Source of the DNA: a virus
Lineage: Duplodnaviria > Caudoviricetes
IMG/VR virus record: IMGVR_UViG_3300033463_000012
Reading direction: 5' to 3' (one strand)
DNA: 64,000 bases
Shown: positions 10,063-20,357 of the stretch, piece after piece
Position numbering within the stretch: position 1 is the stretch's first letter
Layout: every line of letters starts with the position of its first letter
Position numbers and translations under genes: made by a program
Notes under the pieces: generated by a model
What the model saw: only the letters and a program-made list of their open reading frames with translations
The model's database searches: none
Told to the model about the DNA's origin: nothing

Positions 10063-10757
10063 TACTTGCCCTCGTATTTATGGTCCTTTTCGAACACCAT
10101 GGTTATCATCTTTTCCATGCCGAATTCAATGGCTCGGTCAATGTCGACCACAACCATCAGCAGGCGTTCATACATCTTCTTTGCATCTCCGCTCGCTCTT
10201 GCATATTTGTCAGCGAAACGGCCATAACGGAATTTGATGAATCGAGTTGCGCAAATCTTGGCTATCCTCTTTTCTTCGTCCGTCAGGTCATACTTGCTGA
10301 TGTCTTCCAGGGCACGATTGTATTCGCTCATGTCCAGACAATCTTCAAACGAGGGTTCGGGTCCAGATGAAGGTTCATAAAACATCTGGCTCATGACCTC
10401 GGTGTACACTTCCTTGCCTGTCTGCTTCGGCACATACCACTTCGCGAGGACGTCTTCGTAGTTCCACTGAATGATCGTGTCGTAGAGTGGACGATAGATG
10501 TTGTCTTCCTCTTCCTTGGAAATGTCCACGAAGATGACGTTCAGCTTTTCTATGTTCGCCTTCTTTGCAGCTTCCACCAAGGCATGACCATAAATAACCA
10601 CGTTTTCTCGACCATATCTGCGGTTGAGAATCACCGGCTTGTATTCACCCTTGAGCTGTTCTTCGGCTTCCTTGAGTTCCGCCTCGCTTACCTTGTGCGG
10701 TTGCTTTTCCAAATTCATTGCGGAAACTTCTTTTTCTTCAATCTGAAACTGATCCAT
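10062..10757 (-). CDS. ParB-like N-terminal domain plus TAGT-associated C-terminal domain
   Basis: PVIL...VIYGHA..AAK (degenerate ParB); C-terminal YEP...ATRF..F.Y..AD.Y...VVDIDRAIEFG. Confidence 0.6.
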   Translation of the reverse strand: MDQFQIEEKEVSAMNLEKQPHKVSEAELKEAEEQLKGEYKPVILNRRYGRENVVIYGHALVEAAKKANIEKLNVIFVDISKEEEDNIYRPLYDTIIQWNYEDVLAKWYVPKQTGKEVYTEVMSQMFYEPSSGPEPSFEDCLDMSEYNRALEDISKYDLTDEEKRIAKICATRFIKFRYGRFADKYARASGDAKKMYERLLMVVVDIDRAIEFGMEKMITMVFEKDHKYEGK

Positions 10758-10760
10758 TGT

Positions 10761-11861
10761 CTAGTTCTCCTTTACGAGATTTAGCGCCCATTCCATGCAG
10801 TCGTCCATGTCCATGTATTTGTACAGGCCATTTCTACCAGTAAATATAACTTTCTGGTCAGGGACTTCCAAATGTTTTTCCAAGTATTTCCTGTAAAGTT
10901 TTTGGTTGTCCTTGTCCATCAAAGGATAGAGTGGCTCATTGTACCCATGGATGTAGTTCTCGGGGTATTCGAAATCGACCCAGGTGTTCATTGACCACTC
11001 GTCCAAGAAGTGCTTGTGTTCAATGGTTCGGGTGTAGGCAGTGGAATGGTCATTGTGATTTATGACTGCATTTCCCTGCCAGTCTTCCTGATTGAAGCAC
11101 TTTCTGTCGAATTTCAAACTACGATAACCTAGGCGACCGAATTCAAAATTGTAATAATCATCTATTGAACAGGAACAGTAGACCTCATTGGCCTGGTTCA
11201 ACCAATATTCCTTGTCGTCCAAGAAGTCCGTATCGAGTTTGATTTCCGCTCCCTTGAACATGTTTTCTATCATTTTTGTGTAGCCGTGTTCCGGGATGCC
11301 CTGATAGATGTCATTGAAATAGTTGTTGTTGAATTCGAACCTGAGTGGAATCCGTTTGATGATGTCAGGCGAGAGTTTGTCGCATGGGCAACCCCACTGC
11401 TTTTCGGTATAGCACTTTATCAACCTTTCGTAGATTGTCCTGCCGACCAAGTTCAGTGCCTGTTCCTCCAAGTTCTTCGGATTCTCGTAATGAGTTCTTT
11501 CCGATTCAATCTTGGCCTTTGCCTCTTCTGTAGTATGCACATCCGGCCAAAGCTGACAGAACGTGTTCATGTTGAAGGGAAGGGAATAGAATTCATTGCA
11601 CCACTGGGCTTTCGGGGAGTTCACGAAGGCGATGAACCGAGTGAATCTGCGACAGAAATTCCAAACTTCCTCATTGGACGTGTGGAAGATATGAGCACCG
11701 CAATTGTGAATCGTGATGTTCCCTTCCTTGTAGGTGTTGCAAACCCCACCGATGTAGGACTTCTTCTCCAATACAAGGCACTTCTTTCCCTGGTCCAACT
11801 TCTTTCTGGCTATTACAGCATTGGTCAGCCCGGAACCTATGAATAAGCAATCAACCATCAT
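10761..11861 (-). CDS. glf: UDP-galactopyranose mutase
   Basis: GSGLT FAD site, GAHIFHT, LPFNMNTF, YTEKQWG, YQGIP, RTIEHKHF, YKYMDMD. Confidence 0.93.
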   Translation of the reverse strand: MMVDCLFIGSGLTNAVIARKKLDQGKKCLVLEKKSYIGGVCNTYKEGNITIHNCGAHIFHTSNEEVWNFCRRFTRFIAFVNSPKAQWCNEFYSLPFNMNTFCQLWPDVHTTEEAKAKIESERTHYENPKNLEEQALNLVGRTIYERLIKCYTEKQWGCPCDKLSPDIIKRIPLRFEFNNNYFNDIYQGIPEHGYTKMIENMFKGAEIKLDTDFLDDKEYWLNQANEVYCSCSIDDYYNFEFGRLGYRSLKFDRKCFNQEDWQGNAVINHNDHSTAYTRTIEHKHFLDEWSMNTWVDFEYPENYIHGYNEPLYPLMDKDNQKLYRKYLEKHLEVPDQKVIFTGRNGLYKYMDMDDCMEWALNLVKEN

Positions 11862-14736
11862 ATTCCTCTTGTTCTGCGTAAAGGTCAAACCCTGACTTAT
11901 TTAGGCCACTTGCCTTTACGTATCTCTTGTAACCTTCCCATTGGGTGAACTTCAACACCTCGCAGATACGATTGATCATTCCGGTGAACGTGTTGAATTG
12001 TCTTTCATAGTCCACCTTGATCAGCTTGCGGATTTCCTGAGGACAGGTTTCGACCCAGGCGATCACGTCGTTTCTGAAGTCTATCACATTATGCACAGGG
12101 ATGTAATGAATCTTCGAGCCGTCCGTAATCTTCTCGTAAGGCAAATTCTTGTTTTTGATGAACGTGTTGTAGGCAATTGCCGCCTTGTTTCTCATTGGAG
12201 TTCCTGGCTTGAAATCCAACAGCTGAACGATTTTCACGTCAGAGAATGCAGCGAATGGATTGTCCGCAACTTGCTTCGGTTTCGCCTTCTCGTTGTTGTT
12301 CGCAATCGTGTATGCATGATACTTGGACACTGAACCATTTGAGCAGATGTCCTCCAGACTTTGTTTCTGGAATTCAAGCCAAATCTGGTCAACTCTTTCC
12401 ATCAGTTCCTTTTCTGTGCAACCGGCAATGATGTAGTCAACTGTTTCGATCATCTTTTCCTTGACCCACTTAGGAGTGTCGGAACGAGTGATTTCGACCC
12501 CGGTCGTCTTCATTCTCGGAGGATCATAGATTTCGTCCTCGTTTTGCACCAGAATGGAAATATACTTTTTCTTGGCCATCACGAGTTCATGGGTGATCAC
12601 GCCTTCTCGCTTGAATTTGATGACCTGATCCAATCCTTTCAGGTCTGCCTTCTTCTTCAGCACGACTTCAAAGGCCTTCTCCATGTAAACTTCCATCTTT
12701 TGCAGGAAGTCTCGTTCAGGCATGTCAGGTGCGAGATTTGCTTTCAGCTCTTGAAAATGTAAATGGCAGCTGTCAGTGTCAATAAGTGAGAGGACTATGT
12801 TTTTCATCTCGAATGGCTTGGCTCCAGGGAAACATACTTCCGGGTGAGCGGCCAACATCTTGCACGCCGTCTCCGCCTTGTCCGACAGGAAGCGAATCAA
12901 CCTGCGTCCACCACGAGTAATGCAGCGAGCAAGGTCAGGGTCATAGAAGTGAAAGAATTCATTGATCATCACCCCATACATGGAGTTGATCAAAATCTTT
13001 CTCACTTGCTGCATGGAATTGTAGTAGTTGTAGAGGTCTGTTCCATGCTTTTCCTTGAACATCTTCTTCTTGAAGCTGGAACGTTCATCGAAGATTCGCT
13101 TGACGATAGTTGGCAGAATCCCCTTCTCCCTCTTGAACCACACCCCGTTGATTTCTGATTCAATGTACCCTGCCCTGTCTCCGACTTCCTTGGTCAGCCG
13201 AGTCACTTTGGTTTCCGGGGAGATGTTGTATTGAATGATCATGTGAGGATAAAGGGAAGCCACGTCGAAGCAAAGGGAGGAAGTGTACATCCCCGGGTTG
13301 GCTTCCACGTGTCCACCTTTCACGTGATACTTCATCAGTTCCCGGAGTTTGGACATCTGCTCCTTGTCTTGATTTCTCCAAGCGGTGAGGTATTTCTCCG
13401 TATCTTCATCCCTCACATTCTGAGCAACTTCTATCATCTCTGACTTCGGGTTGCTCGGGTCTTTGAGTTCCTTCGTGATGAACCAATCCTCTTCGACCCA
13501 CCAGTCCCGTTTCTTTTCCGTCCTGTTGCTCATCACCATCTTGTGCTGATGCAGATAGCGGAGGATGTAGCCTTCAATCGTGGCGACGGAGGAGAATATC
13601 TTGTCGATTGGGACCAGCGCCTGATAAGCGAAGGTCACGGCCAGGTCAAGGAATCTCTTCTTCTCGTCAATCTTCTTCACGAGCAGAACGTCCTGAACGT
13701 TATACTCGACGAATCTGTTCCAGTCTTTCTTGTAGAAGGTATTGATCGACCCCTCGTATTCCACCTTGCCTTCTCCGCAGACCTTCATGCCAATCGCTTG
13801 AAGTTTGTAGGAAGTCTCGTTTACATAGGTGAATTTCTTGTAGAGTTCAAGGTAGTCGATGACGATTGTGTCCTGAATCTTCACATGAGAAGTCGGGCTC
13901 GTTATTCTTTCCTTGTTCACTCTGCCGGAAGCTGACAATCCTCTGCAAGCGTCATAAACTTCCTTGTCTCCATTGTTTCCATACATGATCGAACGATTTA
14001 TGAGATATTTCAAGTCGAACATCTCCACGTTCCAACCAGTAATGATGTCGAAGTTCTGGCTCTTGAACCAATTGAAGAATCCAACAAGCATTGACCTTTC
14101 AGTTCTGTAGCTGTGATATTCAAAATCAGCGGAACCGGTGTAGTCACCAATGCCGAACGTCACGGTTTTCTTCGTCTTGCTGTCGTATGCAGTGATGAGA
14201 TTGACGGGATATTCCACCTTGATAGGATCGGGGAAGTCAGACTTCGCATAATTGGAATCCCTGAATTTCACATAATTTTGTTCTTCAATTACAAGGAAAT
14301 TTCTGAATCCATCGATTTTTTCCAGTTCAATCAGGGGAAGTGATTCCCTTTCCCCATCTTCAGTCCGCTTGAAGGATACGATTTCATTCGGCAGGTGATT
14401 ACCATTGCCGCCTGCGATTTCAATGTCCAAGATGCAAACACGGAAGTCGTCCATGTTCACTTCGAGTTCTTTGTCTCCGTATCTTTCCTGAAGATAGACG
14501 AGTTCAGGCGCGATGTCCGACTCATATTCCACCGTGACTTGTTCACCTGGATTGATCTTCCTTACCGGCTTCCCTTCTATGTTGGTCCACCCGGAGGTAG
14601 AGGCGGGATCATCTGTCCAAGCTGTCGGTTCCCATTTTATCTTCTGAGGCCTTTCCTTCCCGGCTTCATACAGATAAATCATTGATGGCTTGTCATTCCA
14701 AGCCCGTTCATAACGAATTCTTTTGAATCCTTTCAT
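11851..14736 (-). CDS. gp43: Family B DNA polymerase
   Basis: LDIE, GWNVEMFD, YNVQD exonuclease motifs; DVASLYP, KILINSMYG, DTDS, KKKY; start set at the ATGA overlap. Confidence 0.95.
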   Translation of the reverse strand: MKGFKRIRYERAWNDKPSMIYLYEAGKERPQKIKWEPTAWTDDPASTSGWTNIEGKPVRKINPGEQVTVEYESDIAPELVYLQERYGDKELEVNMDDFRVCILDIEIAGGNGNHLPNEIVSFKRTEDGERESLPLIELEKIDGFRNFLVIEEQNYVKFRDSNYAKSDFPDPIKVEYPVNLITAYDSKTKKTVTFGIGDYTGSADFEYHSYRTERSMLVGFFNWFKSQNFDIITGWNVEMFDLKYLINRSIMYGNNGDKEVYDACRGLSASGRVNKERITSPTSHVKIQDTIVIDYLELYKKFTYVNETSYKLQAIGMKVCGEGKVEYEGSINTFYKKDWNRFVEYNVQDVLLVKKIDEKKRFLDLAVTFAYQALVPIDKIFSSVATIEGYILRYLHQHKMVMSNRTEKKRDWWVEEDWFITKELKDPSNPKSEMIEVAQNVRDEDTEKYLTAWRNQDKEQMSKLRELMKYHVKGGHVEANPGMYTSSLCFDVASLYPHMIIQYNISPETKVTRLTKEVGDRAGYIESEINGVWFKREKGILPTIVKRIFDERSSFKKKMFKEKHGTDLYNYYNSMQQVRKILINSMYGVMINEFFHFYDPDLARCITRGGRRLIRFLSDKAETACKMLAAHPEVCFPGAKPFEMKNIVLSLIDTDSCHLHFQELKANLAPDMPERDFLQKMEVYMEKAFEVVLKKKADLKGLDQVIKFKREGVITHELVMAKKKYISILVQNEDEIYDPPRMKTTGVEITRSDTPKWVKEKMIETVDYIIAGCTEKELMERVDQIWLEFQKQSLEDICSNGSVSKYHAYTIANNNEKAKPKQVADNPFAAFSDVKIVQLLDFKPGTPMRNKAAIAYNTFIKNKNLPYEKITDGSKIHYIPVHNVIDFRNDVIAWVETCPQEIRKLIKVDYERQFNTFTGMINRICEVLKFTQWEGYKRYVKASGLNKSGFDLYAEQEEYDG

Positions 14737-15650
14737 CCAACGTCCTTTGTGTCGTTTACCATTTTCCAAACGGCTTCACTCAATGACTTCATAGGATCAA
14801 TACGGAACCCGCCTGCCCGAGCGTGTCCACCACCGAATCCAACTTTCTTGAGATATTCACCTACTGAGAATATACTTTCCTTTCCTTCGCGAAGTCTTAC
14901 GGAACCGCCATAAGGATACCAAACCCAGATGACCACGTTGATCGACTTCGTCTTCTTGAAAACCTTGTCCGCGATGTCGTTGTTGAACCTCTCGTCAAGA
15001 ATGACCATGGTGTGCCCGTTGACGTATATCTGCATATCCATCCAGATGTCGTCCAGGCGCTTCAATTCCTTCTGATAGATTTCCATTTCTTCGTCAGTGA
15101 AAGTTCCGTCGAAGTTCTGGAAACGGCCCTCGAAGGTATTCCAATCGTAGGTGCGGTAGAGATGTTCAAGAATGGAGGAATCCTGACTTGACTTGATCCA
15201 CAGGTCATAGTCATTCACCATGTCCACCAGCTTGTCGTATTGGCCGAGGTCCACATCGAACACGGTTTCCAAAAACACCTTGAGGAGATAGGATCCGCAT
15301 TTGTCATTGCAATTGAAGACATGTGCGCCCTTGTTTTCGGCGGAAGTTTCGTGGTGGTCAATCATAATGAAGTTCCGGCGATTGAGAATCCTCTGCGAGT
15401 TCGTGCTGAGGTCCGCCATGATGACCGCTTTGAATCTCCTCATGTCGTAATGTTCAAGGAGTTTGTCATGTTCCGATGCAGGAAGTTTGACGCAGAGTAG
15501 ATTGGGAAAAACCTTCCTCGCAATCAATTCGCACACACGACCGTCCATGCAATTTTGGTGAGTGAGCAGGAGGATCTTCTCGTTGGGATCAAGAAGGGAT
15601 TTGAGTTCTTCCTTCTCGTCTTTCACTTGAGCTATGTAGTCTTCGAGCAT
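14733..15650 (-). CDS. DHH/DHHA1 phosphoesterase
   Basis: THQNCMDG, ADL, IDHH, DYDLW, GGGHARAGG. Confidence 0.88.
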   Translation of the reverse strand: MLEDYIAQVKDEKEELKSLLDPNEKILLLTHQNCMDGRVCELIARKVFPNLLCVKLPASEHDKLLEHYDMRRFKAVIMADLSTNSQRILNRRNFIMIDHHETSAENKGAHVFNCNDKCGSYLLKVFLETVFDVDLGQYDKLVDMVNDYDLWIKSSQDSSILEHLYRTYDWNTFEGRFQNFDGTFTDEEMEIYQKELKRLDDIWMDMQIYVNGHTMVILDERFNNDIADKVFKKTKSINVVIWVWYPYGGSVRLREGKESIFSVGEYLKKVGFGGGHARAGGFRIDPMKSLSEAVWKMVNDTKDVG

Positions 15651-15669
15651 GTTCTACTCCTTTTGTGGT

Positions 15670-16029
15670 TTATTTGCACCTTTTGACGAATTCTTCCATC
15701 GTCGGGAATGTCCATCCATCGCCAATGCCCTCGAATTCGGTCTTGGACGAAAACACTATCGTTCCATTTCCTTTTCTGGAATAATAGTCAACGAGATAGA
15801 CGTTGGAACCATCGGGATTGATTTCCTTTCTGACATTGTGAAAACATCCTCTGTTTCTTACACGAGCATACACGTCTTTCTTGTCGTCATAAACATAGAA
15901 GTCGATTTGTTCTCCATCATCATATCTTTTTAGGAGGTCCAGACGCAGTCCGACTTCTTTCAATTTGTTCCCGATTTTCCCGCAAACTATGTTCAAGACC
16001 AAGTTCTTGTCAAAAGACAGCTTCGGCAT
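15670..16029 (-). CDS. Hypothetical protein
   Basis: ATG at 16029 with GGAGG SD and TATTATATT promoter element. Confidence 0.65.
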   Translation of the reverse strand: MPKLSFDKNLVLNIVCGKIGNKLKEVGLRLDLLKRYDDGEQIDFYVYDDKKDVYARVRNRGCFHNVRKEINPDGSNVYLVDYYSRKGNGTIVFSSKTEFEGIGDGWTFPTMEEFVKRCK

Positions 16030-16093
16030 GAATTCCTCCGGTGGTATAGAAAATATAATAAAATTCAGGACAAAAGGAAAGATTTTCAAAAAG

Positions 16094-16119
16094 AAAACCC
16101 TCCTTTGTCGGGAGGGTTT
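16094..16119. terminator. Intrinsic terminator
   Basis: AAACCCTCC/GGAGGGTTT stem. Confidence 0.75.
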
Positions 16120-16148
16120 GAAATATTTGATAAATTGTTTCTATCTAA

Positions 16149-16634
16149 TTACGAGTTATCATGGGTTATTGACCACAATGTCCATTTGTTCCATTCATTA
16201 GCTAGCATTTTTCCAGTTTCAGCATCTATTACCTTAAAACAACCACCATGTTCTTTTGCATACTTTTTTATAAGTTCAATGGCTTCATCATAATCATCTG
16301 TTGTAGTCAATAATTTCGCTGATTCATATGGCGGTTCATTTACGACTTTGTATTTCTTTTTTGAATCTTCATTGTCTTCACGAAGCATGCGACCGCGACG
16401 GAGACGACGGGATTCATCTAGGTCTTCATTATTTTCATCATCTTCATCATCATAAAAATAAGTTTCAGCTACATATTCTGTTGCACTTGCAACAATTTCT
16501 TCAAACACACTTCTATTCAAATACTTTTCATATTTATTCAAAAAATCTCTTAACACATCCACAAGCTTATCGTGGATGGCCAGTTCTTTTCTTGTCCAAT
16601 CTTCATCAATTCTCATATTCCACTCCTTTTGCAC
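16149..16634 (-). CDS. Two-module protein with LDESRRLRRGRMLRED linker
   Basis: AT-rich ORF, late promoter CTAAATTAGACAGAA upstream. Confidence 0.75.
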   Translation of the reverse strand: MQKEWNMRIDEDWTRKELAIHDKLVDVLRDFLNKYEKYLNRSVFEEIVASATEYVAETYFYDDEDDENNEDLDESRRLRRGRMLREDNEDSKKKYKVVNEPPYESAKLLTTTDDYDEAIELIKKYAKEHGGCFKVIDAETGKMLANEWNKWTLWSITHDNS

Positions 16635-16663
16635 TTCATTGTGCTATTAAACTTCTGTCTAAT

Positions 16664-17113
16664 TTAGCATCTCCAGAACTTGCTCGTGATGTCCTCATTT
16701 TTCTTCAAATCCCACATTCGCTGATTGGTTGTCCTCTTGTTCAATGGACCACAATCTTTGACAAATGGACCAGTTTTCAAGTAATCCAGGTTGTCCTTGA
16801 TTTCCTGAGACACGTCATCGAGCCCGGTGTACAGGGCAGTCTTGAGTCCTAGGTCCTTGACCAACTTGAGCATTCCGACCAGCCATTCCTCTTCCCATTC
16901 CCCGCCGTAGAACAGAATGCAGGAAACGTGAGGAGTGTATTTGCCCAGCCAGTTCATCAGGTATTCTTCATTGAATTCCTCGCCCAGCTCCTTGTCCCAC
17001 AGAAACTTGGAGTGGCAATCAGGGCAGTGTATAGGACAACCGGTGCAGGAAAACGCCAGGGATATTTCACCCGGCACTTCCTGAAAGACAATTTCAGCAT
17101 TACATGATTTCAC
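16664..17113 (-). CDS. nrdG: Anaerobic ribonucleotide reductase activase
   Basis: IVFQEVPGE, CxxxCxxC radical SAM motif, GGE, LYTG, TNQR; start inferred. Confidence 0.92.
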   Translation of the reverse strand: MKSCNAEIVFQEVPGEISLAFSCTGCPIHCPDCHSKFLWDKELGEEFNEEYLMNWLGKYTPHVSCILFYGGEWEEEWLVGMLKLVKDLGLKTALYTGLDDVSQEIKDNLDYLKTGPFVKDCGPLNKRTTNQRMWDLKKNEDITSKFWRC

Positions 17114-17612
17114 TGGTTTCGTCTGGCTCCTCTTCGTAAAGGTCTTCCTCTTCTTCGACATCTTCTGTCTTCGAATTGATCGCTTCCTTTAGTTCAGTGA
17201 TCAATTGTTCGACATACCAATCAAATTTGTCCATGAAGCTGATACATAACCTCAAGGCAGTGTCGGGTGACGTCCTTCTTTCCGGTTCGATCAACATCTT
17301 CATTGGATCAAATCCTTCTTGCTTCAGATGCATCCAGGTTTCGGCAAAGGTCTGCACGGAAGGGTCATCGGCTTCGTTTCTGTATTTTTCCACAGTAGGA
17401 CCGCTGACGTTCAACTTGTAGATGTTCAGTCTATGGCCGATGGCTCCATAGATGACAGGGACCAATTTGTCAAACACCTCTTTGGTGCACTCCTTGTCCA
17501 ATTCATTGTTTGTCCATATCTTTCCATTATGTTCAAACAATTCCATGTCCATCAAGGTGATTTCGCCCCAGATATATGTCTTCAACCAATCCTTGTCATC
17601 TATCCCGTACAT
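17100..17612 (-). CDS. Hypothetical protein between nrdD and nrdG
   Basis: 170 aa, GGAGG SD. Confidence 0.7.
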   Translation of the reverse strand: MYGIDDKDWLKTYIWGEITLMDMELFEHNGKIWTNNELDKECTKEVFDKLVPVIYGAIGHRLNIYKLNVSGPTVEKYRNEADDPSVQTFAETWMHLKQEGFDPMKMLIEPERRTSPDTALRLCISFMDKFDWYVEQLITELKEAINSKTEDVEEEEDLYEEEPDETSEIM

Positions 17613-17630
17613 GATGACCTCCTGTCCGAA

Positions 17631-19493
17631 TTAATGATAATATCGCTTTGCTGCTTCTATCTGCCTTCCTTTCGAGAAGTTAGAGATTTTCTTCAAATAC
17701 CCGATCACGCGAGTAAGGTATGACAAGGAAGTCGAACCACATGCAGGGCACTTGTCCAGGGTATGCTTGTCGATATGACCGCACGCTTCGCAATAGGTGC
17801 CGAGAATGTTCGTGGTCCAATAGTTGCATCCTTCCTTGGCCGCGATGCACATCATCTTGTAGTATTGCTCAGCGTCGGGGAATTCCTTGAGATTGAGGTG
17901 AAGTGCAGAACCACCGTCCAGATACTTGATCATGTCACCGCCGTGCATTCTGAACTTGTCGATTTCGGTCAGGGTTTCGTCCTCGACCTTGTAGAAATAG
18001 GAATTGTAGCAGTCACGAGGAACTTCATAACCAGCTTCCTTGTCCCATTTCGAGTTCTTGATGCCAAGGTTTTCCGCGGGAACGTATTCGGTGTTGAACC
18101 GATAGCCATATTTCATCTTCCCGGCCTTGTCGGTGTCGTAGATGACCTTGAGAAGTCCGGAGACGAATGACTTGTAGGAATCATTGTTGGAGATTTCAAG
18201 TCCGAGGTATTCGGAACCTTCGACCAACCCGTTCACCCCGGTGGTGAGGAACTGCTTGTCAAGGTCGATATATCCGGCGTCATAGACAGGAAGCATGCGG
18301 TGGGCCTTGTAGGATTCCATGACGGAACGATAGGCGACCTGATACTTCTGAATCTTTTCGACCTGAACCTGGACCGCCTTGTAGATGCGTTCCTTCAATT
18401 CATCGAAGTGATCCCTGAGCATCTCTTCCTTCGTGATTTCCTTTTCGGTCATGAAGGACTTGGCTGTGTTCTGAATCAAACGGTTGAAATTGATGGTGAT
18501 GACATTGATCGAACCTGACTTCACGCCACCAGCACCAAGTGAATAGGAGAAGTCATTGTCGGCCAATTCATTCCGAAGTCTGCAACAGGAGGAAAGACTG
18601 TCAACAGAATTGGATTCATAGACAAAGAAGCTGTTCCCTTCGGCCAAATCCTGAGCGCGATCCCTGGCAAATTGTTCATCGACTGGCTTTTCATTGTCAA
18701 CCAACATGGCCGCGGTGACCACGGGGAAAGTCAGAATCGCCTTGGTCCGTTCTTCGTTGAACCACTTCATAAAGAAATTCTGCAACTTCTGAACGGATTT
18801 CCACGAGGGCTGAGTGAAGTCCGGGAAATAGAAATTGCCGAACAGGGAATCGAAATAGTTTTTGTCGAACAGAGAAACATTCCAGAAGGTCGACTGATAG
18901 TTGCGGGCGCCTGCAGGTTGATTCAAGCAATAGACGACCTGCTGCAGAAGGTCGGTGATTTCCTTCTTGTTGGTTTTCAAATAGTTGTCACCGAAGTCCT
19001 TTCTGGCGAAATAGTCAAAATATGTCAAAAATTCGACCGTGGCCACTGCACCTGCAAACTGACAGGCAATGGAATAAATCATGTTCACAAAGGATCCGCA
19101 GAATGAATGCAGATGCTTCGGAGCCAATGATTCACCACCAAGTGACTTCATGCCACCGGTGAGGAATGGATACATGGAAATGGCGACGCAATATGGCATC
19201 AAGGAAGTTTCGTCGTGAGCATAGATTTCGTGCTCGTCCAACTGCCTGATGTATTCATCGGCGGTTTCAGTGTCGAACAATTTGGATATCTTGTTGTAGA
19301 GGATTTTGCGGTTGACTTGTATGTTTACGTCTTTGTTCAACTCACATGACATTGAAGTCATGTTCTTCACGGTGACGTTGGCGTTTGCATCCAATTTCGC
19401 CCCCGTGGCTGGATTCTCACTATGTGTGAAATCCTTAATGAATTCAATTTTGCTTTCGATTTGCTTTTGTGTCAACTTCACAAAACCTGACAT
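17631..19493 (-). CDS. nrdD: Class III ribonucleotide reductase
   Basis: SSCCRL, PAE, zinc ribbon CxxC..CxxC, glycyl radical RVIGY. Confidence 0.95.
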   Translation of the reverse strand: MSGFVKLTQKQIESKIEFIKDFTHSENPATGAKLDANANVTVKNMTSMSCELNKDVNIQVNRKILYNKISKLFDTETADEYIRQLDEHEIYAHDETSLMPYCVAISMYPFLTGGMKSLGGESLAPKHLHSFCGSFVNMIYSIACQFAGAVATVEFLTYFDYFARKDFGDNYLKTNKKEITDLLQQVVYCLNQPAGARNYQSTFWNVSLFDKNYFDSLFGNFYFPDFTQPSWKSVQKLQNFFMKWFNEERTKAILTFPVVTAAMLVDNEKPVDEQFARDRAQDLAEGNSFFVYESNSVDSLSSCCRLRNELADNDFSYSLGAGGVKSGSINVITINFNRLIQNTAKSFMTEKEITKEEMLRDHFDELKERIYKAVQVQVEKIQKYQVAYRSVMESYKAHRMLPVYDAGYIDLDKQFLTTGVNGLVEGSEYLGLEISNNDSYKSFVSGLLKVIYDTDKAGKMKYGYRFNTEYVPAENLGIKNSKWDKEAGYEVPRDCYNSYFYKVEDETLTEIDKFRMHGGDMIKYLDGGSALHLNLKEFPDAEQYYKMMCIAAKEGCNYWTTNILGTYCEACGHIDKHTLDKCPACGSTSLSYLTRVIGYLKKISNFSKGRQIEAAKRYYH

Positions 19494-19535
19494 ACATCCT
19501 CCGTATTGTTCAACTGTCAGTATTTAGATAGGTAA

Positions 19536-20357
19536 TCAAAGAAGCACACAGGGAGTCGGGGCTTCATTCAACCCGTCATCCTTGGTGTTCAATCTTGATT
19601 CGATCAACAACTTCGACTTTTCTCTGAAGTCAAAGCATTGATGCTCCTGGAAAACCATAGAGTTTTCGCTCAGCCACACCAACTTGCACCCATGAACAGG
19701 CAAGCCGATTTTCTCCAGAATCAAGCGATAGATTGACAACTGACCGGAATAGGCATGCAGGTTGCTGTCCGGACAATTGTCGAAAGGTGGAAGCAGATAT
19801 TGCCATTTGTTCTCGGTCGTGAATTTCCCGTTCGTCTTCCAGTCATATATCCAAAGGTTTCCCTGTTTGTCCAGGAAAAGTTGGTCAATAGTTCCGACCA
19901 CTCTCCATTCAGGGATCCCCACTTTCACTTCTGATCTTACGGGAATCAATTCACCCGTCTTGATGTACATATTGAGGAATCTGTCTGCAGCCGGCTTCGT
20001 CTTTTCGAACGCCTCGACTATTTCCTCTCTGTTCAACTCGGCCGGAATCTCGAATGGCTTGTTGGACAGATTGCATTCCATGTAGTAGTGGACGAGTGTG
20101 CCTTTGTCGCAAGCGCGCTTTGCCTTGTTGTCCCATTCCTCAAGGATCATTTCCTTTGTGCAGCCGCGGTCCTTGGCTTTCTTTGTCGCCCAGAAATCGG
20201 AATCGAATGGCTTGTGAAGCGTGCCGGTCAAACCAGTGGCCGATATCAGTTCTTCTGGCTTTATGTCCAGACCTTCAAACCAATACTTATGCGCTTCCGG
20301 TTCAAACTTGATGTTGTCGAATACCTTGAGTTTTTCCAATATCGCCAGCTTGTCCAT
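19536..20357 (-). CDS. PD-(D/E)XK exonuclease
   Basis: GTLVH, E, GTIDQL, DWKT, QLSIY. Confidence 0.85.
   Translation of the reverse strand: MDKLAILEKLKVFDNIKFEPEAHKYWFEGLDIKPEELISATGLTGTLHKPFDSDFWATKKAKDRGCTKEMILEEWDNKAKRACDKGTLVHYYMECNLSNKPFEIPAELNREEIVEAFEKTKPAADRFLNMYIKTGELIPVRSEVKVGIPEWRVVGTIDQLFLDKQGNLWIYDWKTNGKFTTENKWQYLLPPFDNCPDSNLHAYSGQLSIYRLILEKIGLPVHGCKLVWLSENSMVFQEHQCFDFREKSKLLIESRLNTKDDGLNEAPTPCVLL

Noticed and set aside
19536-20357. Cas4 or CRISPR association
   Set aside because: Lacks the Fe-S cysteine cluster; ordinary phage PD-(D/E)XK exonuclease
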